NCBI GenBank assembly: GCA_963804165.1
Contig: CAWDPO010000012.1
Location: forward strand, 18,604 to 82,603
Length of the DNA: 64,000 nucleotides
Reading direction: 5' to 3'
Source of the DNA: an uncultured delta proteobacterium
Lineage (GTDB): Bacteria; Desulfobacterota; Binatia; UBA9968
Of this stretch, positions 40,613 through 51,147 are shown one piece after another. Position 1 is the first letter of the stretch. Each line of letters starts with the position of its first letter. The position numbers were made by a program, and so were the translations under genes. The notes under the pieces were generated by a model. The model did not search any database. It was not told where the DNA came from and saw only the letters and a program-made list of their open reading frames with translations.

Positions 40613-40826
40613 AAACCAATTGTCCTTGCTTTCACGCAACTCTGTGACTGCTGGCGCCGCTCTTTGTTTCCCACTTTGAACTTACGTGGAGGGAAAAACC
40701 ATTGTGCATCGATCATTGCGACCAGTAACTGGCGACCGGTTTGATTCCGAAAGGCAGCAACTGGCTCATCGTGAGTCTTGCTCCGCAATTTTCCAAGTCG
40801 ACACTACGCTGACGCAAATTTCGGAA

Positions 40827-41456
40827 CTATTTCTTAGGATGAAGCTGTTCTCCAGGCTTCTGGTCGACTTCCGTCTCATCCCAGGCGGTTTTTCCCTCCA
40901 AACTTTCCACGTTGAACTGGTAGTCGTAGACTAGCGAACCGCCATAAATAGCTCCATAGGAAACAAGCAGGCCGGCAACGATGGACAAGATCATTGTGAA
41001 AAGCCGCGCATATCCATCACTGAATTGGAGGAGACGAATAATAATGTTGATGATCACGATTACAGTGACAGTGAGCATCACCGTCATATGCCAGTTTGCA
41101 GTGCGCCACACCTGTGTGTGTTTCGCCGTGCCAAGAATGCCGGTCGAGTGATCCCTGTCCATGCCCTTCCACCAATCCCAGAAGCCGGTGAGGGCCGTCC
41201 CTACGGAAACGATTGCACCCGCGACGATGATGTAGGTGGCGGCGACAAAGAAATTACGGGCTGCGCTGGGGTACTCTACTGGCTCGTCATAAGCTTTATA
41301 ATACGAGATGATGTCGAACAATGCTGTGAGAACATAACAGACGATAGGAAAATCAGTGAGAGGCGGGTGCAGGGGCTTACCTGCCCAACCGCGCAATCCC
41401 CTGGACTCCCGCCCTTTAAGGGTCATTGACGGCTTAATTGAAAAAAGCCTGGTCAT
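40827..41456 (-). CDS. DUF2231-type membrane protein
   Basis: GKPLHPPLTDFPI, ALTG..DW, H, G..YGGSLVYDY; GGAG RBS before ATG 41456. Confidence 0.85.
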   Translation of the reverse strand: MTRLFSIKPSMTLKGRESRGLRGWAGKPLHPPLTDFPIVCYVLTALFDIISYYKAYDEPVEYPSAARNFFVAATYIIVAGAIVSVGTALTGFWDWWKGMDRDHSTGILGTAKHTQVWRTANWHMTVMLTVTVIVIINIIIRLLQFSDGYARLFTMILSIVAGLLVSYGAIYGGSLVYDYQFNVESLEGKTAWDETEVDQKPGEQLHPKK

Positions 41457-41516
41457 GTGTTTCTCCCCGGGCCACCGGATCATCCGGCCGGACGCCCGGA
41501 TGAACCCACAACTCGA

Positions 41517-43085
41517 TTAGGTGTCGCTTCCCATCACGCGGGTTAGCAACGCATCGGGAACCCTGGTGAGATTTGCGGCTGCATCCTTTAAGTCGCGATG
41601 CTCGACAGCGCGCGATAGCAACTCGTTTTTAGTCGGGCCTTGCTTTTTGCCGAGGAACGGCTTGGCGATCAGGTGAAAGACATCACGTAGTGGCATGTAA
41701 CGCATGAAGCGGAAAAGCAGCCGGAAGGTCTGGATCGGATAGTGGGTCAGCTTGTACAAAAAAAGTCGCCTCAACCCAGAATTTCGCTCAGCATTGATTA
41801 GCGGACCGGGTAGACAGGTCGGATCAATCTCTGAGCACTTGAAGTACTTGTACCAATCAGCTGCATCGTTGACCAGACCCCGCGCCACGTACTCTTTCCA
41901 CAGAGGAGTTCCCCGGTACACACACAGCCGGTTGAAACCGAACGTGTCCAGCCGCAGCTTCGCTGCGAAGTCAAACGTGGCACGTATATCGTGAACCGTC
42001 TCGTCCGGAGATCCAACAACAAAGAAGCCGTGCACGATGTCGATACCAGCCTGCTTAGCGGTATCCACCGCATTCTTAGTCTGCTCTAGGGTTTGCTCCT
42101 TCTTCAGCCGGTCGAGGACTTTCTGGCTACCGCTCTCAACTCCAAACATCACAGTGCGGCAGTGGGCCTTGGCCATTGCCGGGAACAGGTGTTGCGCCGT
42201 CGAATCAACCCGTCCCTCACAGCCCCATTGGATAGTGACCCCGCTCTCATTAATACCTTTGCAGATCGCCTCAATACGCTTAGGTTGCAAGAGGAAGTGG
42301 TCATCGACAAAGTAAACGGCACCGTATCCCAAGGCCTGTAGCTGTTTTAATTCGCCAACAACATGCTGCGGGGTGCGGGCGCGCCACTTGCCCTCGTTAA
42401 ATATAGGAATATCGCAAAAAACACAGGGCCAAGGACAACCGCGCGATGTCTGCATCGTCGTGAAGCGCTCCATAGATAAGACGGCCGGCACATCGAGCGG
42501 CATCGATTCAATGTAATCCAACGGCAAGCTCTCGCGGTCAGGAAAGGGCCACTGGTCGAGATCTCGGTCCAACACCCGATTTGGGTTGCTGACAGGGCGG
42601 CCATCCTGGGTCCATGTGAGACCTGCCACATCGGCAGGATCTTCCAAGCGTTCGACAAGATCGAGAATGAGTTGCTCACCATCCCCTCGACAAACGAAGT
42701 CCACTTCGGGGCACTGGAGCTTGACGAGTTCGGCGTTCAGTGTGGCGAAAACACCACCGAAGGCAAGCGGCACACGGGAGTCAGCCGCCCGTATCTGACG
42801 CGCAAGGAGCTTGGCATACGGATAACTCGTCGTGCTTAAAAAACTTAAGCCAACGAGGTCGGGTTTTTGCCTGCGGATTTCTTCGATAATGACATCATTG
42901 GGCGTCTCAGGATTGGCTTGATCGAACATGATGCTATCGTGGCCTTCGCGTTTGAGCACAGCCGAGAGCGACATGATACCAATCGGTGGAAACCCCATAA
43001 CGCGAATCCTGCCGTTCTTGGCGCGAGTTGCTGCAGGCAACGCGTAAAACTGAGGGTCGCGAATATGAATCAAAACGATTCGCAT
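41517..43085 (-). CDS. B12-binding radical SAM protein
   Basis: PPIGIMSLSA.L, GGVFAT, VDFVCRGDGE, TSRGCPWPCVFC (CxxxCxxC), GVESGSQKVL. Confidence 0.94.
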   Translation of the reverse strand: MRIVLIHIRDPQFYALPAATRAKNGRIRVMGFPPIGIMSLSAVLKREGHDSIMFDQANPETPNDVIIEEIRRQKPDLVGLSFLSTTSYPYAKLLARQIRAADSRVPLAFGGVFATLNAELVKLQCPEVDFVCRGDGEQLILDLVERLEDPADVAGLTWTQDGRPVSNPNRVLDRDLDQWPFPDRESLPLDYIESMPLDVPAVLSMERFTTMQTSRGCPWPCVFCDIPIFNEGKWRARTPQHVVGELKQLQALGYGAVYFVDDHFLLQPKRIEAICKGINESGVTIQWGCEGRVDSTAQHLFPAMAKAHCRTVMFGVESGSQKVLDRLKKEQTLEQTKNAVDTAKQAGIDIVHGFFVVGSPDETVHDIRATFDFAAKLRLDTFGFNRLCVYRGTPLWKEYVARGLVNDAADWYKYFKCSEIDPTCLPGPLINAERNSGLRRLFLYKLTHYPIQTFRLLFRFMRYMPLRDVFHLIAKPFLGKKQGPTKNELLSRAVEHRDLKDAAANLTRVPDALLTRVMGSDT

Positions 43086-43280
43086 ATCGTATACACTCTT
43101 TCATTGTGATCGCCTCCGCGCAAGACCGACCAAGGGCGCATCTCTCGGGCATTGTGGCCAAGCAGCGGGAATCTTTTTACAACCCCTTCGACGCCATCAT
43201 AGTCGGCTACAGATAGACCGGTTTTGGTTTTGAGGGTTTCGGTCGGTCATGATAGTCGGAGTCAAAGGGAGAATTTGAAT

Positions 43281-43304
43281 TGAAGCGTCGTTCAGTTCAA
43301 TCCT
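43281..43304 (+). repeat. GATTGAAC site E (right arm only)
   Basis: TGAAGCGTCGTTCAGTTCAATCCT. Confidence 0.85.
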
Positions 43305-43402
43305 ACGCTGAAATTAGCCTTTTCTCGCTCGATGAATCTGGTTCTCTCTACTGCCGTAAATTGCACTTTTCATCGCTTGGCTCCGCGTGGTATGTAGCGG
43401 CC

Positions 43403-44386
43403 ATGAAAAAAGCGGGCTGGGCGTCGGCGTTGGTTGCCGTGATACTGCTTGCTGTTGCAGTTATAGCCGAGGCGCAGCAGGCGAAGGTCCACCGCATAGG
43501 AGTTCTCACGCCACGCTCTCCGTCGGATAGCGCGCCCTGGCATCGGGCATTTCGAGAAGGTCTCCAGGGCCTCGGATGGGTAGACGGAAAGAACATCGCG
43601 ATCGAATACCGATACGCCCAAGGCAATCGCGACCGCCTCCCTGACCTCGCAGCCGAGATCCTCCATCTGAAGGTTGAAGTCGTTGTTGTCGTGAGTGTCC
43701 ACGCGGCCCGTGCTATTCAGCAGATCAACAAGGCAATCCCTATCGTAATGGCGTCCGCCGCTGATCCTGTCCAGTTGGGCTTGGTTGCCAGTCTTGCTCG
43801 GCCTGGCACCAACATCACGGGCTTATCGGAAATTACCCCAGAGATGGCCGGAAAGCGGCTGGAGCTGCTCAAGGAAATGGTCCCCAAGCTTTCCCGTGTG
43901 GCCACGCTTTGGGATCCAGGAAACGACGCCTCGGCGCTCAGTTGGAAAGAGGTCCAGTCCCCTGCTCGGCAGCTCGGTCTGTATCTGCATTCGCTGGAGG
44001 CACGGAGCCCCAAGGATTTTGACAAAGCGTTCGAAGACGCTACCAGGGCACGCGCTGGCGCCATTGCCGTCATGCCGGCTCAGTTGTTCGGCGCGAATTT
44101 AAAACGGATCGCGGATCTTGCGGCAAAGAGCCGCTTGCCGTCAATATGGCATCTCTCGGAATTTGTGGACTCAGGCGGTCTCGCTGCATATGGGCCAGAC
44201 CGTGCCGACCAGTTCCGTCGCGCGGCGATCTACGTGGACAAGATATTGAAAGGCGCCAAGCCCGGGGACCTACCAGTGGAGCAGCCGAAGAAGTTCGAGT
44301 TCATCGTCAACCTGAAAACGGCAAAACAGATCGGCTTAACTATTCCGTCCAATGTATTGGCTAGAGCCGACAAAGTTATCCGATGA
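43403..44386 (+). CDS. orphan ABC transporter substrate-binding protein (ABC_sub_bind type)
   Basis: Signal peptide AEA-QQ, GKNIAIEYR, IPIVM...DPV..GLVASLARPG.NITG, GAKPGDLPVEQP.KFE..VNLKTAK.IGLTIP..VLARADKVI. Confidence 0.93.
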   Translation: MKKAGWASALVAVILLAVAVIAEAQQAKVHRIGVLTPRSPSDSAPWHRAFREGLQGLGWVDGKNIAIEYRYAQGNRDRLPDLAAEILHLKVEVVVVVSVHAARAIQQINKAIPIVMASAADPVQLGLVASLARPGTNITGLSEITPEMAGKRLELLKEMVPKLSRVATLWDPGNDASALSWKEVQSPARQLGLYLHSLEARSPKDFDKAFEDATRARAGAIAVMPAQLFGANLKRIADLAAKSRLPSIWHLSEFVDSGGLAAYGPDRADQFRRAAIYVDKILKGAKPGDLPVEQPKKFEFIVNLKTAKQIGLTIPSNVLARADKVIR

Positions 44387-44391
44387 CCGAA

Positions 44392-44477
44392 CAATCGAAA
44401 ATCCAAAATCGAAAATCTAAAATGGTAGGGCGATTCCGCCGAATGTGCTGGCGAGGGCGGATAGAGTGATCAAATAA
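44392..44477 (+). pseudogene. collapsed relic of another substrate-binding-protein paralog
   Basis: AAAATC-core heptamers followed by IPPNVLARADRVIK* (44433-44477). Confidence 0.75.
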
Positions 44478-44493
44478 CGACGCGGCAATCGCA

Positions 44494-44547
44494 GGATTGG
44501 ATTGAATTCTCCTTCAACGCAATCTCGCTGAAACACATTGACGTTCG
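44494..44547 (+). repeat. GATTGAAC site F (left arm; right arm eroded)
   Basis: GGATTGGATTGAATTCTCCTTCA-N22-TGACGTTCG. Confidence 0.8.
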
Positions 44548-44583
44548 CATGTGTCCTAAGTGTATTCGCGGTATGTGCGCGTA

Positions 44584-44970
44584 TTAATGTTTGTCATCGT
44601 CGCGGATAGGCAAGTGGCGCAGTAACACGGTCTGGAGTTGATTAACAGAAACGGGTTTGAAGATGACTGCACGGGCGCCGCATCTCAAGGCGCCCTCGCA
44701 ATGTTGCTCGGCCATCCAGGCAGTACAAATGATGATTGGAGTATTCCTAGTTACCGAGCTCTCTCGCAGACAGGTTGTTGCCTCAATACCGCCCATACTC
44801 GGCATATTGAGGTCCATTAGAATTAGATCGGGTCTTTCTCTCAAAGCCTTTTGCACGCCGGTTTCGCCGTCGTCTGCCTGGAGAACCTGAAAGCCCAAAT
44901 GACGAATAATCATGGCGAAGAGTTCGCGGCAGTCTGTATTATCGTCGATCAATAAGACTTTGTAGGCCAT
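44584..44970 (-). CDS. single-domain response regulator (receiver)
   Basis: KVLLIDD, PDLILMDLNMP..GG, ICTA, FKP. Confidence 0.9.
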   Translation of the reverse strand: MAYKVLLIDDNTDCRELFAMIIRHLGFQVLQADDGETGVQKALRERPDLILMDLNMPSMGGIEATTCLRESSVTRNTPIIICTAWMAEQHCEGALRCGARAVIFKPVSVNQLQTVLLRHLPIRDDDKH

Positions 44971-45118
44971 AAACCCGTCCTTCAAAGCAGACTATGTGCC
45001 AAGACAAAAATCCTATTTGACCATCGTTTCTTTCTTCAACTAAGCTTAAAATCGCGGGTTGACGGCCAGCGTTGCCAAATTTGGCAGTGCGTAATGACAA
45101 GGCGATGGGCCTTATAGA

Positions 45119-45383
<265 letters not shown>

Positions 45384-45577
45384 ATCCATTTCTTTGCGAA
45401 TAGAAGACCGTCCATTTCCGCTTCTTCTCGTAGACGAAACGTGCGATTAACAGTTAACTTACTAGTTATCCCTCTACCATCTTCGCTCCAAATTATAGTA
45501 AGGCATAGCTTCCACTGACGCGGGGCCCGTCGCGAGGATGACACGAGAATCCTGTGACCTTTGTGAGTTTCGTTCAT
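45384..45577 (-). CDS. small hypothetical protein, 3' end lost in the homopolymer tract
   Basis: AGGAG RBS; MNETHKGHRI...EEAEMDGLLFAKKWI. Confidence 0.6.
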
Positions 45578-45618
45578 GAATTTTTCTCCTAGACGTAGCG
45601 AGTGAATTCCTACCACCT

Positions 45619-46011
45619 CTAGGCGGCCAGCAAATGGGTCCGCAGGACATCCCGTAGCTGCGGCAACTGAAACGGCTTGTACAAAATCTCTGCGGCACCA
45701 GCATTGAGTGCACGGTCTAGGCGCGCTTCAACATTGCATTCAGTAGTCCAGCCGCTATTTAGAACCACAGGTATATTGCGGGTGGACATATTCCTCTTTA
45801 ATTGGACTGTAACTTCATCTCCATTTAGTCCAGGTAAACGTATGTCCATCATGATCAGATTAGGATGGATGCTGAAAGCCTTATCGAGAGCCTCTGGACC
45901 CGTGGCCGCTTCAAAAACTTCATGGCCCAAACCACGGAAAAACGCGCGAAGCGACTCGCGAAACTTTTCGTTGCCATCCACGATCAATATCTTCTTAGGT
46001 GTTTTACGCAT
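45619..46011 (-). CDS. single-domain response regulator (receiver)
   Basis: KILIVD, PNLIMMDIRLPGLNG, IPVV..SG, LYKPF. Confidence 0.88.
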   Translation of the reverse strand: MRKTPKKILIVDGNEKFRESLRAFFRGLGHEVFEAATGPEALDKAFSIHPNLIMMDIRLPGLNGDEVTVQLKRNMSTRNIPVVLNSGWTTECNVEARLDRALNAGAAEILYKPFQLPQLRDVLRTHLLAA

Positions 46012-46276
46012 GGAAGAAGGTAGCAGCACAAGGCATGCCAGCGCCCGCAAACGTCAGTATTTTGGTATTTTATCGCCGTTAGTGCATATGCAGAGATATT
46101 TGGCGCTGCAACACGCTCAGAGAATGACTGCACTTTGTCACGAGGCGATCAGTCCAAAGCTGGGACGAAGTACACTCGGGCAGAAGCTAAGAATTGTGGG
46201 TAATGATCAGCAGTCCTGAGCGAGATAAGTCGACGCGGCTTCCAACAAGAGATCGGATTGAACTCTGCGTCACCGC

Positions 46277-47770
46277 TCAATCGCCGGTGAGATACGCGTC
46301 CCGATGCCCCTCTTGGCGCGCCAACGACTGGCGAACTGCATCCGCCTCTTCTCGCGCGGTGAAATGTCCGACCCGCACTCGATAATAAGTTTGTCCCTTG
46401 ACTTCGGTCTGGACCACGTAACCATCGTAACCGTTGGCCTTTAATTTCTGCACCAAAGTATCGGCAACATCTTTCGCGGGCGCCGCGGAAATCTGCACCG
46501 ACCACTTTTTGCTCAAGTTCGCGCTATCTGTAGAGTGCGCCATCGGAATTATGGCCGCCCGATCCACGGTGCTCTTCGTGGCAAACCGCACCGCGGTATT
46601 CCGAGCGGAGCCATGAACGTTCGGCTTTGCTCGTGTTGCCTCGGCACTTTGATTCGCAAGTCCGCCAACGGTGTCGATAGAAGACACATTCTGCGGCCTT
46701 AAACTGATCTCAGTCTGATCCGAGGTGGGATTCGCGCCATTGGCTCGCTTTTGAATATCATAATCGGCGGGCATGCCAAGATAAAAGATAACCACCGCGC
46801 TCGCGACAAAGATCGCTGCGAACGTCGCGCCCTGCGTCCGATTCAACGAGAAGCGCCGGCGAACGTTCTGGCGCTTTCCACGCTCGTGTAGGGGCAATTC
46901 CTGATGATCGGGGTAAGTTTTTAACTTCTCAGCGCCCATGCCAACCCCGCTCACCATTGAACTATTTGATAGCGACAAGGTTTCGGTCAACGCCGCTTCG
47001 GTTTGTAGCACGGGGTGGAATTTTGCGACTAGCTCATCCGCCTTGCGCTTGCGTATTTCGGCCTCGCAAGGTTCAAAAGTAAAACCCGTCGGCTGTAAGT
47101 GCTGAGATTGAAAATCGGTTTCGCTTTCGTGGCGTAGCAAGGCCTTCTGGATATTTGCCGACTCGCCGATAAAGACTTGGCAACCGAAGTAGAAGAGCCC
47201 ATATACGCCGGATGTTGGCGGCGCGAAGAGTAGGATTGTCTCCCTAGTGAAACTGTTGCAACGACCGTCTGGAAGCCAAGACAAGCTCCAGCGCACCGCC
47301 TCTTTGTCAATATTAGCGGTTGACTTCAAGACAGAGGAGCGATTGGGGTCATCTGAAATCTTCGCCCTCTCGGACGAGGACCCACTGGGATAGGCATGAT
47401 TTCGAAGCTTTCGATCACCATTGTTCGTAATTGATTTCGGCTCGTATTTCGGGAAATCGACAGAAACCTCGGCTGTAGCGCTATTGGCTCGTCGTTCGCG
47501 CTCGAGGAGCAGTGTGCGGGCTTCATCGATAGACTGACACGGCAGCAAAGCGTCGCGGATGTAGTGAACGGAATCATCAAATCGTCCTATTGTCGGTGAA
47601 AATATGCACTTGAGCTTGTGAATATAGTCGCTGTAACCTCCAGCCCTCATTGGATTGTATTCCCAAATAGTTTGCCATGGGACGAAGCCACCTAAACATA
47701 GACGTACGAGTTCGACGGAAGGCGCCGGCATGCCAGCGACTAAGACAAGCAGCTTGCTCACCGCTGGCAA
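46277..47770 (-). CDS. membrane-anchored SPOR-domain protein with an upstream GIY-YIG-like segment
   Basis: C-terminal WSVQISA....A..L..KLKANGYDGYV....G.TYYRVRVG.F..REEA; TM FAAIFVASAVVIFYL; SGVYGLF...FIGES.NI; true start uncertain. Confidence 0.75.
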   Translation of the reverse strand: MPAVSKLLVLVAGMPAPSVELVRLCLGGFVPWQTIWEYNPMRAGGYSDYIHKLKCIFSPTIGRFDDSVHYIRDALLPCQSIDEARTLLLERERRANSATAEVSVDFPKYEPKSITNNGDRKLRNHAYPSGSSSERAKISDDPNRSSVLKSTANIDKEAVRWSLSWLPDGRCNSFTRETILLFAPPTSGVYGLFYFGCQVFIGESANIQKALLRHESETDFQSQHLQPTGFTFEPCEAEIRKRKADELVAKFHPVLQTEAALTETLSLSNSSMVSGVGMGAEKLKTYPDHQELPLHERGKRQNVRRRFSLNRTQGATFAAIFVASAVVIFYLGMPADYDIQKRANGANPTSDQTEISLRPQNVSSIDTVGGLANQSAEATRAKPNVHGSARNTAVRFATKSTVDRAAIIPMAHSTDSANLSKKWSVQISAAPAKDVADTLVQKLKANGYDGYVVQTEVKGQTYYRVRVGHFTAREEADAVRQSLARQEGHRDAYLTGD

Positions 47771-48386
47771 ATTTTATCTGACAGAAGGGTTGGCGTTCTA
47801 TGAAATGACGAAGGACTCGTAGGACGGGACCAATTCTTGTTTCCGTTCCGATGATCATTTTCACTCGTCCAGTTTGGTTCAGCGTATCAAGTTAGTGGAG
47901 CAACTTTCGTTGGATCCTTACCACTAAAAACCCCTGTTAGATTTTGGTGCGGCTGTCACTGAACATCCCCGAGCAATGCTTATGCCTTGAACGGCTTCCT
48001 TTGACAGGACTGGATAAAAGCACACAAGAGCATCAATACAGGGCAAGACCGACAGCTGTCCCGCGATAAGAAGACGGATTAGTGTAAAATCGTGCGAAAA
48101 TGTGCTCCCGTTAATCTCGGCTTTTGGGCCCTGTCATTGATCACTCGCCACTGAAGAAGGACGCAGGTATCGCGGAAGTCGCAAATTTGCCTGAGCCTCA
48201 TCAGATATGGGCCGCTCGTCCTCAAAGTAAGCAGCCAATCCAGAAAGCTTCTCGGAACGATGTATCACATGATGAAGGAAACTCGTTTTCCGCCACGTAG
48301 CGAAACCACAGCCCCGTTTCTACCAATCGCCATTTTGGCATTCTGATTGCTCCGTGGGTCAACAACAAGTTTAAAAGGAGGATGAA

Positions 48387-48914
48387 GTGATGTTCTTCGG
48401 CCTTAAACGATCGTGGAAGCTGCTATTCGTTGGACTCTTTCTTCCGTCAATCACGGGGTGCAGCACGACGCGTTTGGAAAGTCCCGCCGTCCCCACGGCG
48501 GTCGAACCCAAGATTCTCGAGGAGCCGATTGCCTTGGGTTCATCAGTTAACGCGCGTGTTACGAAAGTCCGATTTTTCGAAGGCGAACGTTCTAAACTAG
48601 CATTTATTTCGGATAGGACATATGAAACCCGGTTTGCAAAGACGCTCACTAGAACCGTTTACACAGAAATTAACCTTGACTATCCCCGGCCCGAAACCAA
48701 TGTCTATTTTCCTATTACCCTGTATTTTCGCCAGAACGGAAGAACGCTGCGCATCGAGGAAGTCCAGAGTTGGATTCGATCAGAGTGGACTTCGTCTGAT
48801 CACTTGGTAAGCGCTGGAAATTTCGACCCGGGAAAATGGACTGTTGGCAATTATGAGGTAGACGTTTACATCAACGCTAAAAAGGCAGCCACGGGTTATT
48901 TTGCAATCTATTAA
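48387..48914 (+). CDS. hypothetical lipoprotein
   Basis: AGGAGG RBS, lipobox ITGC, beta-rich tail GKW.VG.Y.VDVYIN. Confidence 0.75.
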   Translation: MMFFGLKRSWKLLFVGLFLPSITGCSTTRLESPAVPTAVEPKILEEPIALGSSVNARVTKVRFFEGERSKLAFISDRTYETRFAKTLTRTVYTEINLDYPRPETNVYFPITLYFRQNGRTLRIEEVQSWIRSEWTSSDHLVSAGNFDPGKWTVGNYEVDVYINAKKAATGYFAIY

Positions 48915-49133
48915 TCACTTGAATGAGCCGGGGAGGCTGTGGGTCTAGTTTAACTATTCCTTACCAATCGTCAAAATTGATTTATCGATTGGCCGCTAAA
49001 GAGCTATTGAATCAGCCTCACGGAATTCTGTGGATCGTGTCCGTGACGCCACCGCTAGTCTATCGCATTGCCCCTGGAACGGCCTGTCGCCTTTCCTCCG
49101 TAGTTAATGGACTTGTTGGCATCGGTCAGTGTA

Positions 49134-49718
49134 TTACAACGTCGGTGCCGCAGCGGTAATAACAAAGCGGTCCCGGCGATTCTTCTCCCAGCACGATTCC
49201 GTGTGTTCCGTGCATACGGGAATTTCCTCGCCGTAACTTACCGTGGACAATCGTTGAGCGGAAATTTCTAGTGACACTAGATAGTCCCTGGCCGCCTGTG
49301 CTCGCTTCGCGCCCAATCCCGCATTGTACTCGTTGGTACCGCGCTCATCGCAGTGTCCCTCGATCTCCACTCGGACCGACGGATGTTCCTTAAGCCACTT
49401 CGCATTCGCTTCGAGAGCGTCGCGCGCATCCGCCCGTAGCTCGTATCGGTCAAATTCAAAATGAATGTCTTTAAGGGGACTCGATGCCGGTGTCGCCGTG
49501 CTTTCTCCTTTTTGCAGAGCTTCGAGGCTAGAAGAAATGGGAACTCGCGACACGATTCGGGATGACCCTGCTGATGCGCCTGTAGACGCAAGTGGATTTT
49601 CGACCGTCCAATTCGGCTCTGTTGTGTATTTTGGAGTCCTAATTTCAGGTGCGCAACCGATCAGTACCAAAGCCAGAAGGCTCCCATAAGGCAGCAAGCT
49701 ACGATATTGCTGAAACAT
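49134..49718 (-). CDS. pal: peptidoglycan-associated lipoprotein (Pal/OmpA family)
   Basis: Lipobox LIGC; IHFEFDRY, IEGHCDERGTNEYN..LG.KRA, VSYGEE.P, NRR; no tol genes adjacent. Confidence 0.88.
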   Translation of the reverse strand: MFQQYRSLLPYGSLLALVLIGCAPEIRTPKYTTEPNWTVENPLASTGASAGSSRIVSRVPISSSLEALQKGESTATPASSPLKDIHFEFDRYELRADARDALEANAKWLKEHPSVRVEIEGHCDERGTNEYNAGLGAKRAQAARDYLVSLEISAQRLSTVSYGEEIPVCTEHTESCWEKNRRDRFVITAAAPTL

Positions 49719-49830
49719 CGATTTTTCCTTTCATAGCCGGGGTGATTAGGAAGAATTCTGAGCAACACCCAAGCGGCTTCATAAGACGTGGTCGAGGGAG
49801 TCGGATAACAATCCCGGCGACGTTTCCCGA

Positions 49831-50727
49831 TTACTGTGTGCCTAAGATGGAAACTTGCTTTAACTCGAATTCTCCGCCTTTATTGATAACAGCGAAACCA
49901 TCAAAGGGATCGTCGTGAGCACGGTCAACAGTCCGCATGACTTCCTTGTTATCGAACAGCACGACCATTTCACCGTCATTGTTGCGGCGCCACTCAAGCG
50001 TGTGTGGCACTCCGTCGTCCACTAATATTCCCTGGTCGACCATTTCGATGACCGCCGAACGGTTTGGCCCGAAACGCAACAACGATAAAGACGGAGTCCT
50101 TCCAGACTCAAATGCGAGCCGATATCCTGAGTTGCCGTCTTCGCCTTGGAACGGACCGAATTCCAGCCGCGACTTGCGGTCTACGTAATTCTTTATGTTC
50201 AGCTGAAGCTTGAGCGCAAACGCTTTGGTAATCCCGACCCGGGTAAATATCTCAGCTTCGGGTTTCGAGCGGCTTTGTGTATCGCCGACTGCCCGTTCTC
50301 TGGCGCCCAGCAACTCACCCAATAACCCCAATGCCGGGCCGTCGCTCCTGCGGTCGGATGTGCGGTACATTCCCGACGTAGATGGATCGAAATAAGATCT
50401 GAGCCCCGCTCCTCTTACGACCCGAAACTCACCATGTTTTACCAGCCATCGAGGATCATAATTATAATCTCCATCACGAAAATCATCGTAGAGAAGCGAA
50501 ACTTTCCACGGCCAATCGTAACGGCGCACCAGATCGCGGAGCTGCTTAGTTAGCGCGGGATTTGACCGCCCATCCTGCTCCGCTCCGCGGATCAATTCCT
50601 TCAACTGATCCACCAATTCCTGAGTCTGCCCACCCCCAACCGGGCCCGGATCCGTCTGGGCCTGGACGAAAAAAACCGGAGCTACCGTCAAAAAAATCGC
50701 AAGAGCGATGATACGGCGCATATTCAT
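49831..50727 (-). CDS. hypothetical secreted protein
   Basis: Signal peptide ending VQA; DDFRDGDY..DPRW; beta-sandwich-like C-terminus. Confidence 0.7.
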   Translation of the reverse strand: MNMRRIIALAIFLTVAPVFFVQAQTDPGPVGGGQTQELVDQLKELIRGAEQDGRSNPALTKQLRDLVRRYDWPWKVSLLYDDFRDGDYNYDPRWLVKHGEFRVVRGAGLRSYFDPSTSGMYRTSDRRSDGPALGLLGELLGARERAVGDTQSRSKPEAEIFTRVGITKAFALKLQLNIKNYVDRKSRLEFGPFQGEDGNSGYRLAFESGRTPSLSLLRFGPNRSAVIEMVDQGILVDDGVPHTLEWRRNNDGEMVVLFDNKEVMRTVDRAHDDPFDGFAVINKGGEFELKQVSILGTQ

Positions 50728-51015
50728 ACTCCCTTTCTCACTCGATCCTTCTAAAACCAAGCAAGGTGCATACCGCGAGCTAATTCATTCATGCCTAAGG
50801 AAACCTTGGATAATGTCTGGATTTCAGAGGACCAACTCTAACCAGGAATGAGCGAAAATGTACTATGCGATAAAGCCATGTTTTACTGAGCCTGCTGAAG
50901 GTAGTTGGAACTGTTAAAGGAAAAGTTCATCCCGCCAATTTTCGTTTCAGTCATCGCAACACAGGTAGCTACCAAAGAGCGAGCACATGTTGGAGCCATT
51001 GCATGAGATTGTATA

Positions 51016-51038
51016 GAGGCGTCGTTCAGTTCAATCCT
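51016..51038 (+). repeat. GATTGAAC site G (right arm only)
   Basis: GAGGCGTCGTTCAGTTCAATCCT. Confidence 0.85.
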
Positions 51039-51147
51039 GCGCCGAAATTTAGCCCTTTCCCTATCAACAAATCCGGTTTCCCGTCCGCCGTAAATAATCG
51101 TTTCCGCAATTACCGTGCGCGTGATAGCGTCCGCAACGAGGTGAGGA

